The notes beneath the pieces were generated by a model. The model ran no database searches. It worked only from the letters and a program-made list of their open reading frames with translations, and was not told the origin of the DNA. 64,000 bases of DNA from an uncultured Candidatus Saccharibacteria bacterium (lineage in GTDB: Bacteria; Patescibacteriota; Minisyncoccia; Phycocordibacterales; PALSA-1337), in the NCBI GenBank assembly GCA_964358005.1, contig CAYHNH010000001.1, positions 11,625-75,624 of the forward strand, read 5' to 3'. Positions 1 to 9,896 of the stretch are shown here, in pieces (positions within the stretch are counted from its first letter, which is position 1; each line of letters starts with the position of its first letter). The position numbers and the translations under genes are program-made.

Positions 1-1
1 C

Positions 2-1144
2 TTGGGTAAAGACATATCCGGCAGAGCTCATTTCAATAACCTTGGGAAGGCGCCCCACATGCTCATTGCCGGAGCCACTGGATCAGGTAAATCGGTGACG
101 ATACACGCTCTCATTACTTCCCTGCTCTATCGCAACTCGCCCGAAAACCTGAAGTTCATAATGATCGATCCGAAGCGTGTGGAACTAACGCTATACAATA
201 AGATCCCTCACCTTCTCACTCCCGTCATAACCGACCCGAAGAAAGCCATCCTCGCTCTAAAATGGGCAGCCAAGGAGATGAGCCGTCGTTATGATCTCCT
301 AGAGAAGAACGCCGTGCGCGACATAGAGTCATACCACAAGACCATCCTGTCCCCGGAACTTGAACGCATAAAGGAGATGGAGTCCAAGGGCAAGCCCACG
401 GACGAAGAAAAGGCCAAGCTTCCGGAGATAATGCCATATATCGTCATCGTGATAGACGAGCTAGCCGACATAATGCAGACCTATCCGAGAGAGCTGGAGT
501 CGGCCATAGTCAGGCTCGCCCAGATGAGCCGTGCTGTGGGCATCCATTTGGTGATTTCGACGCAGAGGCCTTCCGTCAATGTCATAACCGGCCTCATAAA
601 GGCCAATGTGCCGACGCGCATCGCCCTCCAAGTCGCTTCACAGATCGATTCCAGGACAATCCTCGACCAAGCTGGTGCTGAAAAACTCCTAGGAGCCGGT
701 GACATGCTCTATCTTGGCGGCGAAATGTCCAAGCCCATACGTCTGCAGTCAGCTTTCATATCAGAATCAGAGGTCAAGCGGGTGGTCAAGCACTTGGCTG
801 ACGAATACAAGGATGAGATCATGGGCGAAATCAGCCTGACGACACCGGAAGCAGGTTCGAGCGCAGCTTTTGATGCGATAGTTGGCGGAGATTCATTCGA
901 TGAAGAAGACGAGATGTATGAACCAGCGAGAGAAGCAGTCGTGACGGCCGGCAAAGCCTCTACATCCTACATACAGCGAAAACTCGGCGTAGGCTATTCT
1001 CGCGCCGCCAAGCTCATGGACATGCTCGAGGAGCGCGGCGTCATCGGTCCTGCCAACGGCTCCAAGCCTAGGGAGGTTATGGGCGGAAGCTCCGAGGAAT
1101 CTGGAGCCGGGCTGAACACACCATTGCCGGGAGAGACTATATGA
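2..1144 (+). CDS. ftsK: DNA translocase FtsK/SpoIIIE, 5'-truncated by window edge
   Basis: PHMLIAGATGSGKS Walker A, IDPKRVEL, IVIDELAD, RAVGIHL..STQRPS, C-terminal gamma domain (STSYIQRKLGVGYSRAA). Confidence 0.96.
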   Translation: MGKDISGRAHFNNLGKAPHMLIAGATGSGKSVTIHALITSLLYRNSPENLKFIMIDPKRVELTLYNKIPHLLTPVITDPKKAILALKWAAKEMSRRYDLLEKNAVRDIESYHKTILSPELERIKEMESKGKPTDEEKAKLPEIMPYIVIVIDELADIMQTYPRELESAIVRLAQMSRAVGIHLVISTQRPSVNVITGLIKANVPTRIALQVASQIDSRTILDQAGAEKLLGAGDMLYLGGEMSKPIRLQSAFISESEVKRVVKHLADEYKDEIMGEISLTTPEAGSSAAFDAIVGGDSFDEEDEMYEPAREAVVTAGKASTSYIQRKLGVGYSRAAKLMDMLEERGVIGPANGSKPREVMGGSSEESGAGLNTPLPGETI

Positions 1145-1506
1145 CGCTGACGCGCACTAGATTCTCTCAGCTTCTCAGAATGGCCGCCCTCGCAGTCGTT
1201 ATCATAGTGATCATCGGCTACGCCATAACGCGTTCGCTCCCCTATTTCCAGGGTCCTGAGATAGCCGTCTTCCAACCTCTTAACGGCTCGACGATATCCT
1301 CCACAACAATGACCCTCATAGGACGAGCACGACGGATAAACTCCCTAAGCATAAATAATCACCCCATCCAGATAGACGAGCAAGGGAATTTTAGGGAGAC
1401 TCTGATAGTCTTCCCGGGCATCAATGTCATCTCCTTGGATGCGACCGATCAGTTCAAGCGCTCTACTCATTCAGAGCTACGCATCCTCGGAACAGAACCC
1501 ATATAA
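1141..1506 (+). CDS. Membrane-anchored protein with small Ig-like beta domain
   Basis: N-terminal TM helix, then P.I....P.NG...GIN.I...ATD pattern; ATGA overlap with ftsK. Confidence 0.65.
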   Translation: MTLTRTRFSQLLRMAALAVVIIVIIGYAITRSLPYFQGPEIAVFQPLNGSTISSTTMTLIGRARRINSLSINNHPIQIDEQGNFRETLIVFPGINVISLDATDQFKRSTHSELRILGTEPI

Positions 1507-1509
1507 TAT

Positions 1510-2082
1510 CTACTTTCCGACTCGCTCCCGATACTCACCAGTCTCGGTATTTATCCTTATGATGTCGCCCTCATTTACGAACAGGGGTGCGCTTATGGTC
1601 GCGCCAGTCTCTAGAGTGACGACCTTCTGACCTCCAGTAGCCGTATCACCCTTTATGCTGGGAGGAGCATCTGTGACTTTTAGCTCCGCCAAGATCGGGA
1701 ACTTGAATCCCATCGGTTGTTCCTTGAAGATGATTTGGGTAACGATCGTATTTGGCTTGAGAAATCGCCCTTGCTGCCCCACCTGTTCTTCTGTGAATTT
1801 GAAGCGTTTCGACGGGTCGGAAACCTCAGAGAAACACCATTCTCCGCGATTGTTATAGAGATATTTCACTTCACGCTCGTCTATCTCGGCCTGCTCTACC
1901 TTGTCGGAAACATGAAATGAATATTCCGTAACCTTTCCTGTAAGAAGGTTTTTTAGCTTAGTCGCGTTCACCGGCTTACGCTGTTGTTTGCGGAAGACAT
2001 GCGCGGAAAGCACCTCATATGGAGCGCCATCGAGGACGATGAACTTCTTTTCGGTTATCTCGCTGTATTCGAGGAGGGCCAT
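1510..2082 (-). CDS. efp: Elongation factor P
   Basis: LKNLLTG, KGDTATGGQK, LETGATI.APLFVNEGD.IRINT.TGEY.ER. Confidence 0.95.
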   Translation of the reverse strand: MALLEYSEITEKKFIVLDGAPYEVLSAHVFRKQQRKPVNATKLKNLLTGKVTEYSFHVSDKVEQAEIDEREVKYLYNNRGEWCFSEVSDPSKRFKFTEEQVGQQGRFLKPNTIVTQIIFKEQPMGFKFPILAELKVTDAPPSIKGDTATGGQKVVTLETGATISAPLFVNEGDIIRINTETGEYRERVGK

Positions 2083-2087
2083 GGCGT

Positions 2088-3125
2088 TTATTCGTTGAGC
2101 TTGGCTCTTATCTTGCCTAATATGTCCTTTCGCACATCCTTATTCTCCTTCAGAAACTGACGAGTGGCATCGTAGCCCCGGCCAATGGATTCGCCATTGT
2201 ACTTATAGGACGCCCCAGAATGCTCGAGGATCCCGTACTTCTCGCCAAGCGCTATCATCTCCCCTTCCTGCGATATGCCCTCGTTATACATGAGATCGAA
2301 TTCGGTCTGCTTGAACGGCGCCGCTACCTTGTTCTTGACGACCTTCACGCGGACGCGGCCGCCCATTATCTCCTCCCCTTTCTTTATCTGCGCGATGCGG
2401 CGTATATCCAGCCTCACTGACGCATAGAATTTGAGAGCCTTGCCCCCCGGCGTCGTCTCTGGATTGCCGAACATGACCCCGATCTGCATGCGTATCTGGT
2501 TGATGAAAATTACGACGGTCTTGGACTTCGCTACTATGCTGGTGAGCTTGCGCAAAGCCTGCGACATGAGACGAGCTTGCGTGCCTACGTGATGGGCACC
2601 CATGTCACCTTCGAGCTCGGCCCGCGGAGTAAGAGCCGCGACGGAATCGATCACGATCACATCCATATTGCCGGTTCTCACAAGACTGTCTACGATCTCC
2701 AGGGCCTGCTCGCCGGTGTCAGGCTGAGAGATGAGCAGGTCTTCGATCTTTACACCCAGCTTCTTCGAATAATCAGGGTCCATGGCATGTTCGGCGTCTA
2801 TGTATGCGCACATGCCGCCCTTTTTCTGAGCTTCTGCTATTACATGGAGAGCCAAGGTCGTCTTTCCGGATGATTCTGGACCGAATATCTCGATGATGCG
2901 GCCGCATGGCAGACCGCCTATTCCGAGAGCAGCATCGAGCCCAAGAGAACCCGTAGGGATGGCCCCGACGTTCACCTTGGTTTTATCGCCAAGCCTCATT
3001 ATGGACTCCTCTCCGAATTTCACTCTGATGGCGTCTATTGCGCTGTTTATATTCGTATCTTTGACATGACCATGAGCTGGCGACGCTTTGACCTCTGCCT
3101 TTTCAACAGTTGATCTTTTCGCCAT
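2088..3125 (-). CDS. recA: Recombinase RecA
   Basis: [42 protein letters not shown]. Confidence 0.98.
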   Translation of the reverse strand: MAKRSTVEKAEVKASPAHGHVKDTNINSAIDAIRVKFGEESIMRLGDKTKVNVGAIPTGSLGLDAALGIGGLPCGRIIEIFGPESSGKTTLALHVIAEAQKKGGMCAYIDAEHAMDPDYSKKLGVKIEDLLISQPDTGEQALEIVDSLVRTGNMDVIVIDSVAALTPRAELEGDMGAHHVGTQARLMSQALRKLTSIVAKSKTVVIFINQIRMQIGVMFGNPETTPGGKALKFYASVRLDIRRIAQIKKGEEIMGGRVRVKVVKNKVAAPFKQTEFDLMYNEGISQEGEMIALGEKYGILEHSGASYKYNGESIGRGYDATRQFLKENKDVRKDILGKIRAKLNE

Positions 3126-3128
3126 ATC

Positions 3129-3332
3129 TTATCGTGCCACATAAGGCAATAGGCCCATAAAGCGCGCGCGCTTCACTGCGGTAGCAAGCTGTCGCTGGAA
3201 CTTGGCTGAGATCTGAGAACGCTTGCGGCTGATCAAACGTCCGTGCGGATTCAGGAATCTGCGCAGTATCTCGGTATCCTTGTAGTCGATATGCTTGATG
3301 TTGTGCTGGCTAAAATAGCATTGTTTTTTCAT
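3129..3332 (-). CDS. rpsR: 30S ribosomal protein S18
   Basis: IDYKD..ILRRF, QRQLATAVKRARFMGLLPY. Confidence 0.96.
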   Translation of the reverse strand: MKKQCYFSQHNIKHIDYKDTEILRRFLNPHGRLISRKRSQISAKFQRQLATAVKRARFMGLLPYVAR

Positions 3333-3350
3333 AGAATTTGGAATTTAAGA

Positions 3351-3809
3351 TTAGAACGGTATGTCGTCAGGATTGATGTCCTCCTGAGGGTACTCAATAG
3401 CTTCTCCGGGGGCGGCATCCTTGCCATCCTTGGTTCCGCCGTCTGCCTTGCCGGCCGAAGCAGTTCCACCTCCCGTTCCGCCCTTCGAGCCAAACTGAAC
3501 GTTGTCCGCGATAATCTCTGTGCGGTATTTCTTGGTATTAGTCGCGGCATCATCCCATGACCTTGTCTGGATACGTCCCTCGATGAGAGCCTGTGCGCCC
3601 TTCTTCAGGTACTGGGCACAGAGCTCGCCCATTCTGGCGAAGACCACTATGTTGTGGAAGTCAGCCTGCTCTTTCTTGTTACCATCCTTATCCTTGAAAT
3701 AACGATTTGTAGCCAGACTGAAACTCGCGACTTTGGTGCCAGAAGGCAGAGCCTTGAGCTCTGGATCCCGGGTTAGATTGCCTATGATGAATACTTTGTT
3801 TAGATACAT
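3351..3809 (-). CDS. ssb: Single-stranded DNA-binding protein
   Basis: LNKVFIIGNLTRDPE, EGRIQTRSW, C-terminal DDIPF. Confidence 0.97.
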   Translation of the reverse strand: MYLNKVFIIGNLTRDPELKALPSGTKVASFSLATNRYFKDKDGNKKEQADFHNIVVFARMGELCAQYLKKGAQALIEGRIQTRSWDDAATNTKKYRTEIIADNVQFGSKGGTGGGTASAGKADGGTKDGKDAAPGEAIEYPQEDINPDDIPF

Positions 3810-3825
3810 GGTTCTTGCTTATAGA

Positions 3826-4329
3826 TTAAACCTCTTTGACCATTTCGTCTATGCTCTTGTCCATCTCCTCTATGGTGGCTGGCGCAGCAGGCGGCTCCTT
3901 CTTGGCTATAGCCTCCGGCTCGCCCACACCGACAGGCCTTCTCACAAATGAAGCAGCGACCACGGGGGCGCGCTTGCCTAGGTAGGTGTTTTCGCGGCTA
4001 GTGGTGATGACTAGCATCCTCAAGACCGATGGGATGATCTCGATTCCCTTCTTGATTGCTTCGATTTTGGCTGATGCGACCTCAAACTTGACCCAGCCGA
4101 AGTCGGCTTCGTCGTATTTATCATACGAGCCTGACACCATCTTTTTGCGCATGGTGTAAGCAAGCTTCTCATTATGAGGAGCCTCTTCTGCGATAATCAC
4201 GCCTCCATTCTTGGTCACGATCTCCTTCACTGCCGAGACTTCAGCCTCGATGCGCTCTTGCGGCAGGCCAGCGAGCAGGTAACCGATCTCATAGACCGAC
4301 ATACGGTCATCTCGAACTGTTTCGTCCAT
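3826..4329 (-). CDS. rpsF: 30S ribosomal protein S6 (likely start MDETV, 4329)
   Basis: YEIGYL, KLAYTMRK, VLRMLVI; rpsF-ssb-rpsR synteny. Confidence 0.88.
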   Translation of the reverse strand: MDETVRDDRMSVYEIGYLLAGLPQERIEAEVSAVKEIVTKNGGVIIAEEAPHNEKLAYTMRKKMVSGSYDKYDEADFGWVKFEVASAKIEAIKKGIEIIPSVLRMLVITTSRENTYLGKRAPVVAASFVRRPVGVGEPEAIAKKEPPAAPATIEEMDKSIDEMVKEV

Positions 4330-4647
4330 AGGTTTGCGAGCAAGTGATCCCTTGAATGTTCTCGGGAACCCGTCTGTGCGCCATGGCACACGCGTGGGAC
4401 TTGCTCTAAGTTAAATTATTAATACAGTTCGAGGCTATCACTTTTTACCCCCTTGCGCAAGGGTGTGACCAATCTATCATACCGGTGTTAAAATTTTCTT
4501 CAAAAAAAGTTCAAATTTTAATGAATTAATCTTCAATTTTTAATGAACACGCCACTAGCCCTCATTGACCAGGCCGCCGTAGCATGATATCCATATCACT
4601 TGGAAGATCCCCTTCCAGTTCGTTTCAACCCAACATGGAGAAGAACT

Positions 4648-5130
4648 ATGTGCAAAGGAACAGCATGTTCAGATGCCATTATCGCGGCCGTCAGGTCGCT
4701 GCGCCACACCGACATCACCCTGAAGCCGAATACCGCGAGCGGCAAGCGCCTCCGCTGCATCTTCAAGAAGATGCGGCGCTTCAATGAGAACGACGTTCAC
4801 GCCGCCTTCGAATCTCTCCTGAGGAGCGGCGCCATCGTCATCGTCGCCCACGTCCAGGAAGTCGCCCTGTCAGCCAACGGCGAATCGCGGAGGCAGACGG
4901 GCAAGGCAGCCAGGGCCAACGTCAAGGAGCTCCCCGCCGCACGCCTGTTGGCCAAAAAGAGCTGGTTCCTCGACATCGAGGGGCAGCCGGCCGAGCCAGG
5001 CGAAGTCGAAGGCGTCCGACAATTCTTCGGCATGATGGTGTATGTCACCGCGGACGGACTGCCAGAGAAGATCAAGAAAGTCGTGGCATCTCCGATTACG
5101 CCTGCCCCGAGCCTTCTGGCCGTCGCCTAA
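4648..5130 (+). CDS. Orphan protein, possible winged-HTH
   Basis: GGAG 7 nt before ATG 4648, upstream TTGACC, downstream terminator; NENDVHAAFESLLRSGAI resembles a wHTH recognition helix. Confidence 0.55.
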   Translation: MCKGTACSDAIIAAVRSLRHTDITLKPNTASGKRLRCIFKKMRRFNENDVHAAFESLLRSGAIVIVAHVQEVALSANGESRRQTGKAARANVKELPAARLLAKKSWFLDIEGQPAEPGEVEGVRQFFGMMVYVTADGLPEKIKKVVASPITPAPSLLAVA

Positions 5131-5156
5131 CGACGCCAATCGCCACGATTCTACCC

Positions 5157-5188
5157 TCGCCCGACTCCCACGTCGGGCGATTTTTATT
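5157..5188 (+). terminator. Intrinsic terminator
   Basis: TCGCCCGAC/GTCGGGCGA stem followed by TTTTTATT. Confidence 0.75.
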
Positions 5189-5193
5189 CCTAC

Positions 5194-6633
5194 TTATTTC
5201 CTCAAGAAAAGCGGGTTCTTGGGCATCTCGTTAGCCTTGACCAGGTCTTTGATGGCCTTAGAGGTCTCCGGCAGGATCGGATTGAGCATCCACCCGATCG
5301 TATAGAGCCTTACGCACAGATCACGGATAACTTCCTGGGCCGCGGCCTTGTCGGTTTTCACCAATTTAAACGGCTCCTTGGACTGGATAAGCTGATCCGC
5401 CTCAGCCACATGGCGCCAGACCACATTGCAGGCTTTCTGGATATTGAAGCTCTCGATGGCATCTTTAAAGTCTTGAGGGATGGTGTTTTCCGGAATCTTC
5501 ACGGGCCCATCCAGATTATCATGCGCCATCTTCATGATACGGCTGGTCAGATTGCCTATACCATTGGCCAGGCCGGCGTTATAAGCTGCCTTGAAGTATG
5601 GCATCGAGAACGGGCTATCCTCAAAAGAAGACAATTCGCGGGCAACATAATACCTAAGAGCCTCCTTGCCATATTCGCGTATGACTTCGAGGGGATCTAC
5701 TGTGTTGCCAAGCGACTTAGACATCTTCACGCCTCCCTCGCCCGTAATGAAACCGTCTATCACGATCGTGCTAGAACCCGGCAGACCGGCGGCCATGAGC
5801 ATGGCCTGCCACATGGCGGACTGCTGACGTAGGTTATCCTTGCCACAATATTGGACAGTATTCTCGGAAGCGACCCACCATTTTTTGAAGTTATCTTCAT
5901 TGTCTGGCCAACCGGTCGCAGAAATATAGTTAACCAGAGCATCGAACCATACGAACATGACCTGGGATTCATCGCCCGGCACAGGTACACCCCAAGGCAT
6001 CTTCGTGGCCAGACGAGAGATGCTAAAGTCATTTAGGCCTGCCTTGACGAAAGACTTGATCTCATTGAAACGAAAGTCCGGCACAACGAAAGATGGATTC
6101 TTGTCATACATTTCGAGCAGACGGCCCTGAAATGCACTGAACTTAAAGAAATAATTTTCTTCCTTGATGATCTCGATCTCCATGAGCGGATGCGTCGGAC
6201 ATCGGCCATCAACTAATTCCGAATCGGTTTTCTCGAGCTCACAGCCGACACAGTACTTGGCCGAATACTCCTTTTTGTATATGAATCCATTTTTATCGAC
6301 GCGACGCCAAAACTCCTGGGCTGCAGCCACATGATGAGGGTCCGTAGTCCTTACAAAGTTTGATTCCTCCAGAATGCCGACAGCCGAGCCGAGCTCTTTG
6401 AACTTTTTCGAAGCCTGATCGCAGTATTCCTGCACAGGGATGCCGAGATCTTTGGCTTTCCTGAATATCTTGAGACCATGTTCGTCAGTACCAGTGTTAA
6501 AGAAGACCTCGAAACCGGAGAGTTTCTTCCAGCGAGCAACGATGTCCGCGCGTATTAGCTCCATGGCAAAACCGACATGCGGCTCGGCATTGACGTATGG
6601 AAGGGTCGAGGTTATATAAAAAGTCTTGCTCAT
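5194..6633 (-). CDS. metG: Methionine--tRNA ligase (short form, no C-terminal OB domain)
   Basis: PYVNAEPHVGF, GTDEHGLK, FVWFDAL, KMSKSLGN. Confidence 0.95.
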   Translation of the reverse strand: MSKTFYITSTLPYVNAEPHVGFAMELIRADIVARWKKLSGFEVFFNTGTDEHGLKIFRKAKDLGIPVQEYCDQASKKFKELGSAVGILEESNFVRTTDPHHVAAAQEFWRRVDKNGFIYKKEYSAKYCVGCELEKTDSELVDGRCPTHPLMEIEIIKEENYFFKFSAFQGRLLEMYDKNPSFVVPDFRFNEIKSFVKAGLNDFSISRLATKMPWGVPVPGDESQVMFVWFDALVNYISATGWPDNEDNFKKWWVASENTVQYCGKDNLRQQSAMWQAMLMAAGLPGSSTIVIDGFITGEGGVKMSKSLGNTVDPLEVIREYGKEALRYYVARELSSFEDSPFSMPYFKAAYNAGLANGIGNLTSRIMKMAHDNLDGPVKIPENTIPQDFKDAIESFNIQKACNVVWRHVAEADQLIQSKEPFKLVKTDKAAAQEVIRDLCVRLYTIGWMLNPILPETSKAIKDLVKANEMPKNPLFLRK

Positions 6634-7910
6634 GCGTTGAATCTAAGGATAGGCGCTAATGCCTCAGCTTTACTGCGACCGACGAGCGCGAGGTTCAGGC
6701 CTTCATTCACGAAGATCTGCCGAGCCAATCCGCGGACCTGGTCGGCCGTGACCTTATTTATCCTCTCAATATGCTCCTCTGGGCTCTCTACACCACCTTT
6801 CAATATCTCTTCGAGACCCGCAAATTCAGCGCGGGTTTCCGAAGTCTCGAGCTCGAGCATGCTCGTACCAGCTATGTAGTCCTTGGCCTTCTTGAGCTCC
6901 GCGTCCGGTACAAGCTCATCCTTGAGGCACGCGCACGAGGCGAGGATCTCGCGAATAGCCACATCGACTCGTGAATTATCGACTCCGGCAGATATGGTGA
7001 GGTCGCCATGATCGGTGAAGGGGTCATGCGAAGCTCTGATGTAGTAGCATATGCCGAGCTCATCGCGCATCTTGGAGAAAAGGCGCGAGCTCATACCGCC
7101 GCCCAGTATGGTCGACAGGACCTGCATGACAGGGATACGCGGGTCCGCGATCGGGAAAGTGCGGAAAGCGATCACCATGTGCGTCTGATCGGTCTCCTTT
7201 GATTCGACCCTGAGAGCCGGTTCCTTCTGGTCTTCCGTCACCTTAAGTTTGGGTGACTTCTTCGATGACGAGAGTCCCGAGAAAGCCTTCTCGACTTTGG
7301 TGGCCACACTCTTTTCGTCGAATGAGCCAGCGATCATGACTGCCGTGGCAGAACTAACGTAATGAGCATTCCTGTATGTAACAAAAGAATCCCTGTTGAA
7401 TGACCTAATGGTGTCCTCCGTACCTATGACATCCCATCCTGCCGGCTGGTCGCCATGCATGAGAGCAGACAATATGTCATGGACGTGCCTCTGCGGTAGG
7501 TCGCGGTACATCCGGAGCTCTTCGATGATGACGCCTTTCTCTTTTTCTATCTCCTTGGCGTCGAATAACGGATTCAGGTACATGTCAGAGACGACGTCCA
7601 GGACAGTGTCCAGGTGCCTGGAGTCAGCTTTGACCCAATAGCCGGTGACTTCCTGCCCAGTAAAGGCATTGTAGTGCGCGCCCAAGCCATCCAGCTCGCG
7701 CGAGATCTCGCTGGCTTTCGGACGGCGCGGAGTTCCCTTGAACACCATATGCTCCAGGAAATGGGATATGCCATTGGTCTCCTTGGACTCATACTTCGAC
7801 CCGGCCTCGACCATGACGAGGACGGCGACTGACGGGTTGTCAGGCATCGGTATGGTAACCAGCCGTACGCCGTTTCCGAGTATAGTCTTATTGAACTTCA
7901 TACTGCTCAC
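6630..7910 (-). CDS. M16 family zinc peptidase
   Basis: HFLEHMVFKGT (HxxEH), GGGMSSRLF..MRDELG. Confidence 0.92.
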   Translation of the reverse strand: MSSMKFNKTILGNGVRLVTIPMPDNPSVAVLVMVEAGSKYESKETNGISHFLEHMVFKGTPRRPKASEISRELDGLGAHYNAFTGQEVTGYWVKADSRHLDTVLDVVSDMYLNPLFDAKEIEKEKGVIIEELRMYRDLPQRHVHDILSALMHGDQPAGWDVIGTEDTIRSFNRDSFVTYRNAHYVSSATAVMIAGSFDEKSVATKVEKAFSGLSSSKKSPKLKVTEDQKEPALRVESKETDQTHMVIAFRTFPIADPRIPVMQVLSTILGGGMSSRLFSKMRDELGICYYIRASHDPFTDHGDLTISAGVDNSRVDVAIREILASCACLKDELVPDAELKKAKDYIAGTSMLELETSETRAEFAGLEEILKGGVESPEEHIERINKVTADQVRGLARQIFVNEGLNLALVGRSKAEALAPILRFNA

Positions 7911-8542
7911 TATAGCTTAATCTCGCCGCCTTCTTCAAGCTTTATGAATTCTATGCCGCTCTGACCGAGGACTTTCTCGGCTAGGATATGCTGGATGCCG
8001 AACCTTATGGCGTCATGGACCGGGAAAGCTAGGCGGGGCTTTAGTGCCAGGGCGTAGTCTATGGCTTCAGATATCTTGACCCAGGGGCCAGCGACAGGCA
8101 GGGCCAGGATATCGACCGGCCTGTTCGGATCCGTTAGCGCATCGCCTGGGTAAAAGAGCTTGTCGGCGATAAAGAAGCCTACATTCGAGGCCTGTGGAAT
8201 AGTACTGTGCATAAGCGCGTGCTTCTCTCCATATGCCTCTAGGGCCACTCCTTTGAGCTCTATTTTGTCTCCATGCTTCATGACACTGTGCTTCACGCCC
8301 TCCTTGGCCAGCATCTCCCCTACGGCGTCATTGGATATCACTGATATATCCGGAGCGCGCTTTATGAGCGCCTTGAGAGACTCTATGTGGAAATGATCCG
8401 GATGCTCGTGAGTTATGAGAACGATATCGGCATGCTTCACCTTGTCGTGCTCCTCGAGACTGTAGATGCCCGGGTCAGTTATGATCCGAGTCTTCCCGAC
8501 ATCAATGAGCATACAGCAGTGCTTGAGTTTCTTGATGTTCAT
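7910..8542 (-). CDS. Metallo-beta-lactamase-fold hydrolase (likely start MNIKK)
   Basis: TDPG, THEHPDH, YPGD, PVH motifs. Confidence 0.85.
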   Translation of the reverse strand: MNIKKLKHCCMLIDVGKTRIITDPGIYSLEEHDKVKHADIVLITHEHPDHFHIESLKALIKRAPDISVISNDAVGEMLAKEGVKHSVMKHGDKIELKGVALEAYGEKHALMHSTIPQASNVGFFIADKLFYPGDALTDPNRPVDILALPVAGPWVKISEAIDYALALKPRLAFPVHDAIRFGIQHILAEKVLGQSGIEFIKLEEGGEIKL

Positions 8543-8555
8543 GTGACTCATACAA

Positions 8556-9878
8556 CTAAAGCTTCTTCGACAAAAATGACACCAGATCAGCTTCCAACAC
8601 CCTCTCCTGCTTCCCTGTATCACGATCACGAACAGTCACCCCTGCTGACTTTTCAATAGTATCGAAATCTACAGTGATACAGAACGGCGTGCCTATCTCA
8701 TCCTGACGGCGGTAGCGCTTGCCGATGTTGCCGTTGTCATCGAACTCGACTGCGCCAAATTGTTTCTTGAGTGCCAAGTAAATCTCGCGAGCTTTTTCGA
8801 TCAGCGCAGGCTTATTTTTTAGCAACGGAAAGACCGCTACCTTAACGGGCGCCACCTGAGGGCTTAATCTCAGATAAGTCCTCGCCTCACCTCCCATTTG
8901 ATCCTCGGTATAAGCATCGCAAAGCACAGCCAGAAGAGTGCGATCCAGCCCGAATGAAGGCTCGATGCAATGGGGGATGAAACGCTGCTTTGATTCCTCA
9001 TCGTAATATGACAAGTCTGTCCTACTAAATTCGGAATGCTGTTTAAGATCGAAATCCGTGCGATAAGCCAGGCCGTAAAGCTCTTTTCGTCCGAACGGAA
9101 AATCGAATTCAAAGTCTATCGTACGCTTCGAATAATGAGCGCGTTCGCCATCTGGAACCTCAAGTTCGTGGACCTTAGATCCGGTCAAGCCGACTTGGGC
9201 TATGAAGGCCTTCATTTCAAGGCGAAAATGCTCGAAGGCAGGCTTCCATTCTTCCGGCTTAACGAAATATTCTATCTCCATCTGCTCGAACTCGCGCGAA
9301 CGGAAAAGGAAATCGCGCGGAGCGATCTCATTCCTGAAAGCTTTGCCTATCTGACCCATACCGAACGGTAGCTTAGGGTGAAAGGTGTCGATGATGTTCT
9401 TGAAGTTTACGAACATCCCTTGCGCTGTCTCTGGTCGCAGATACGACACAGAAGAGGCATCCTCGAGAGCGCCCACATGCGTCTTGAACATCATGTTGAA
9501 CTGCCTTGAAGCGCCCAGCTTGCCGCCGCAGTCCGGGCACAGGCCAGGGTCTTCTACCTGGTCGGCGCGGAAACGATGCTTGCACTTCGCGCATTCCACG
9601 AGAGGATCAGAAAAACCGGACACATGACCGCTCGCCTCCCACGTGCGCGGATTCATGAGGATTGCGGCGTCGATCCCGTATACGTCTTCTCTGTCTGTGA
9701 TGAACCTGTGCCACCACAACTTCTTGATGTTATGCTTCAACGCCTCGCCATAGGGCCCATAGTCCCACGTGCCAGCAAGTCCACCATATATCTCCGATCC
9801 CTGGAAAATAAAACCGCGCCTCTTGCACAGAGACACGAGAGAATCCATCAGATCCTGATTTTCAGGGCTTTTTTGCAT
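8556..9878 (-). CDS. glyQS: Glycine--tRNA ligase, homodimeric type
   Basis: SEIYGG, YLRPETAQG, FRNEI, REFEQMEIE, IGKRYRRQDEIGTP. Confidence 0.96.
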   Translation of the reverse strand: MQKSPENQDLMDSLVSLCKRRGFIFQGSEIYGGLAGTWDYGPYGEALKHNIKKLWWHRFITDREDVYGIDAAILMNPRTWEASGHVSGFSDPLVECAKCKHRFRADQVEDPGLCPDCGGKLGASRQFNMMFKTHVGALEDASSVSYLRPETAQGMFVNFKNIIDTFHPKLPFGMGQIGKAFRNEIAPRDFLFRSREFEQMEIEYFVKPEEWKPAFEHFRLEMKAFIAQVGLTGSKVHELEVPDGERAHYSKRTIDFEFDFPFGRKELYGLAYRTDFDLKQHSEFSRTDLSYYDEESKQRFIPHCIEPSFGLDRTLLAVLCDAYTEDQMGGEARTYLRLSPQVAPVKVAVFPLLKNKPALIEKAREIYLALKKQFGAVEFDDNGNIGKRYRRQDEIGTPFCITVDFDTIEKSAGVTVRDRDTGKQERVLEADLVSFLSKKL

Positions 9879-9896
9879 AGGCGCATTTTACTCCAA

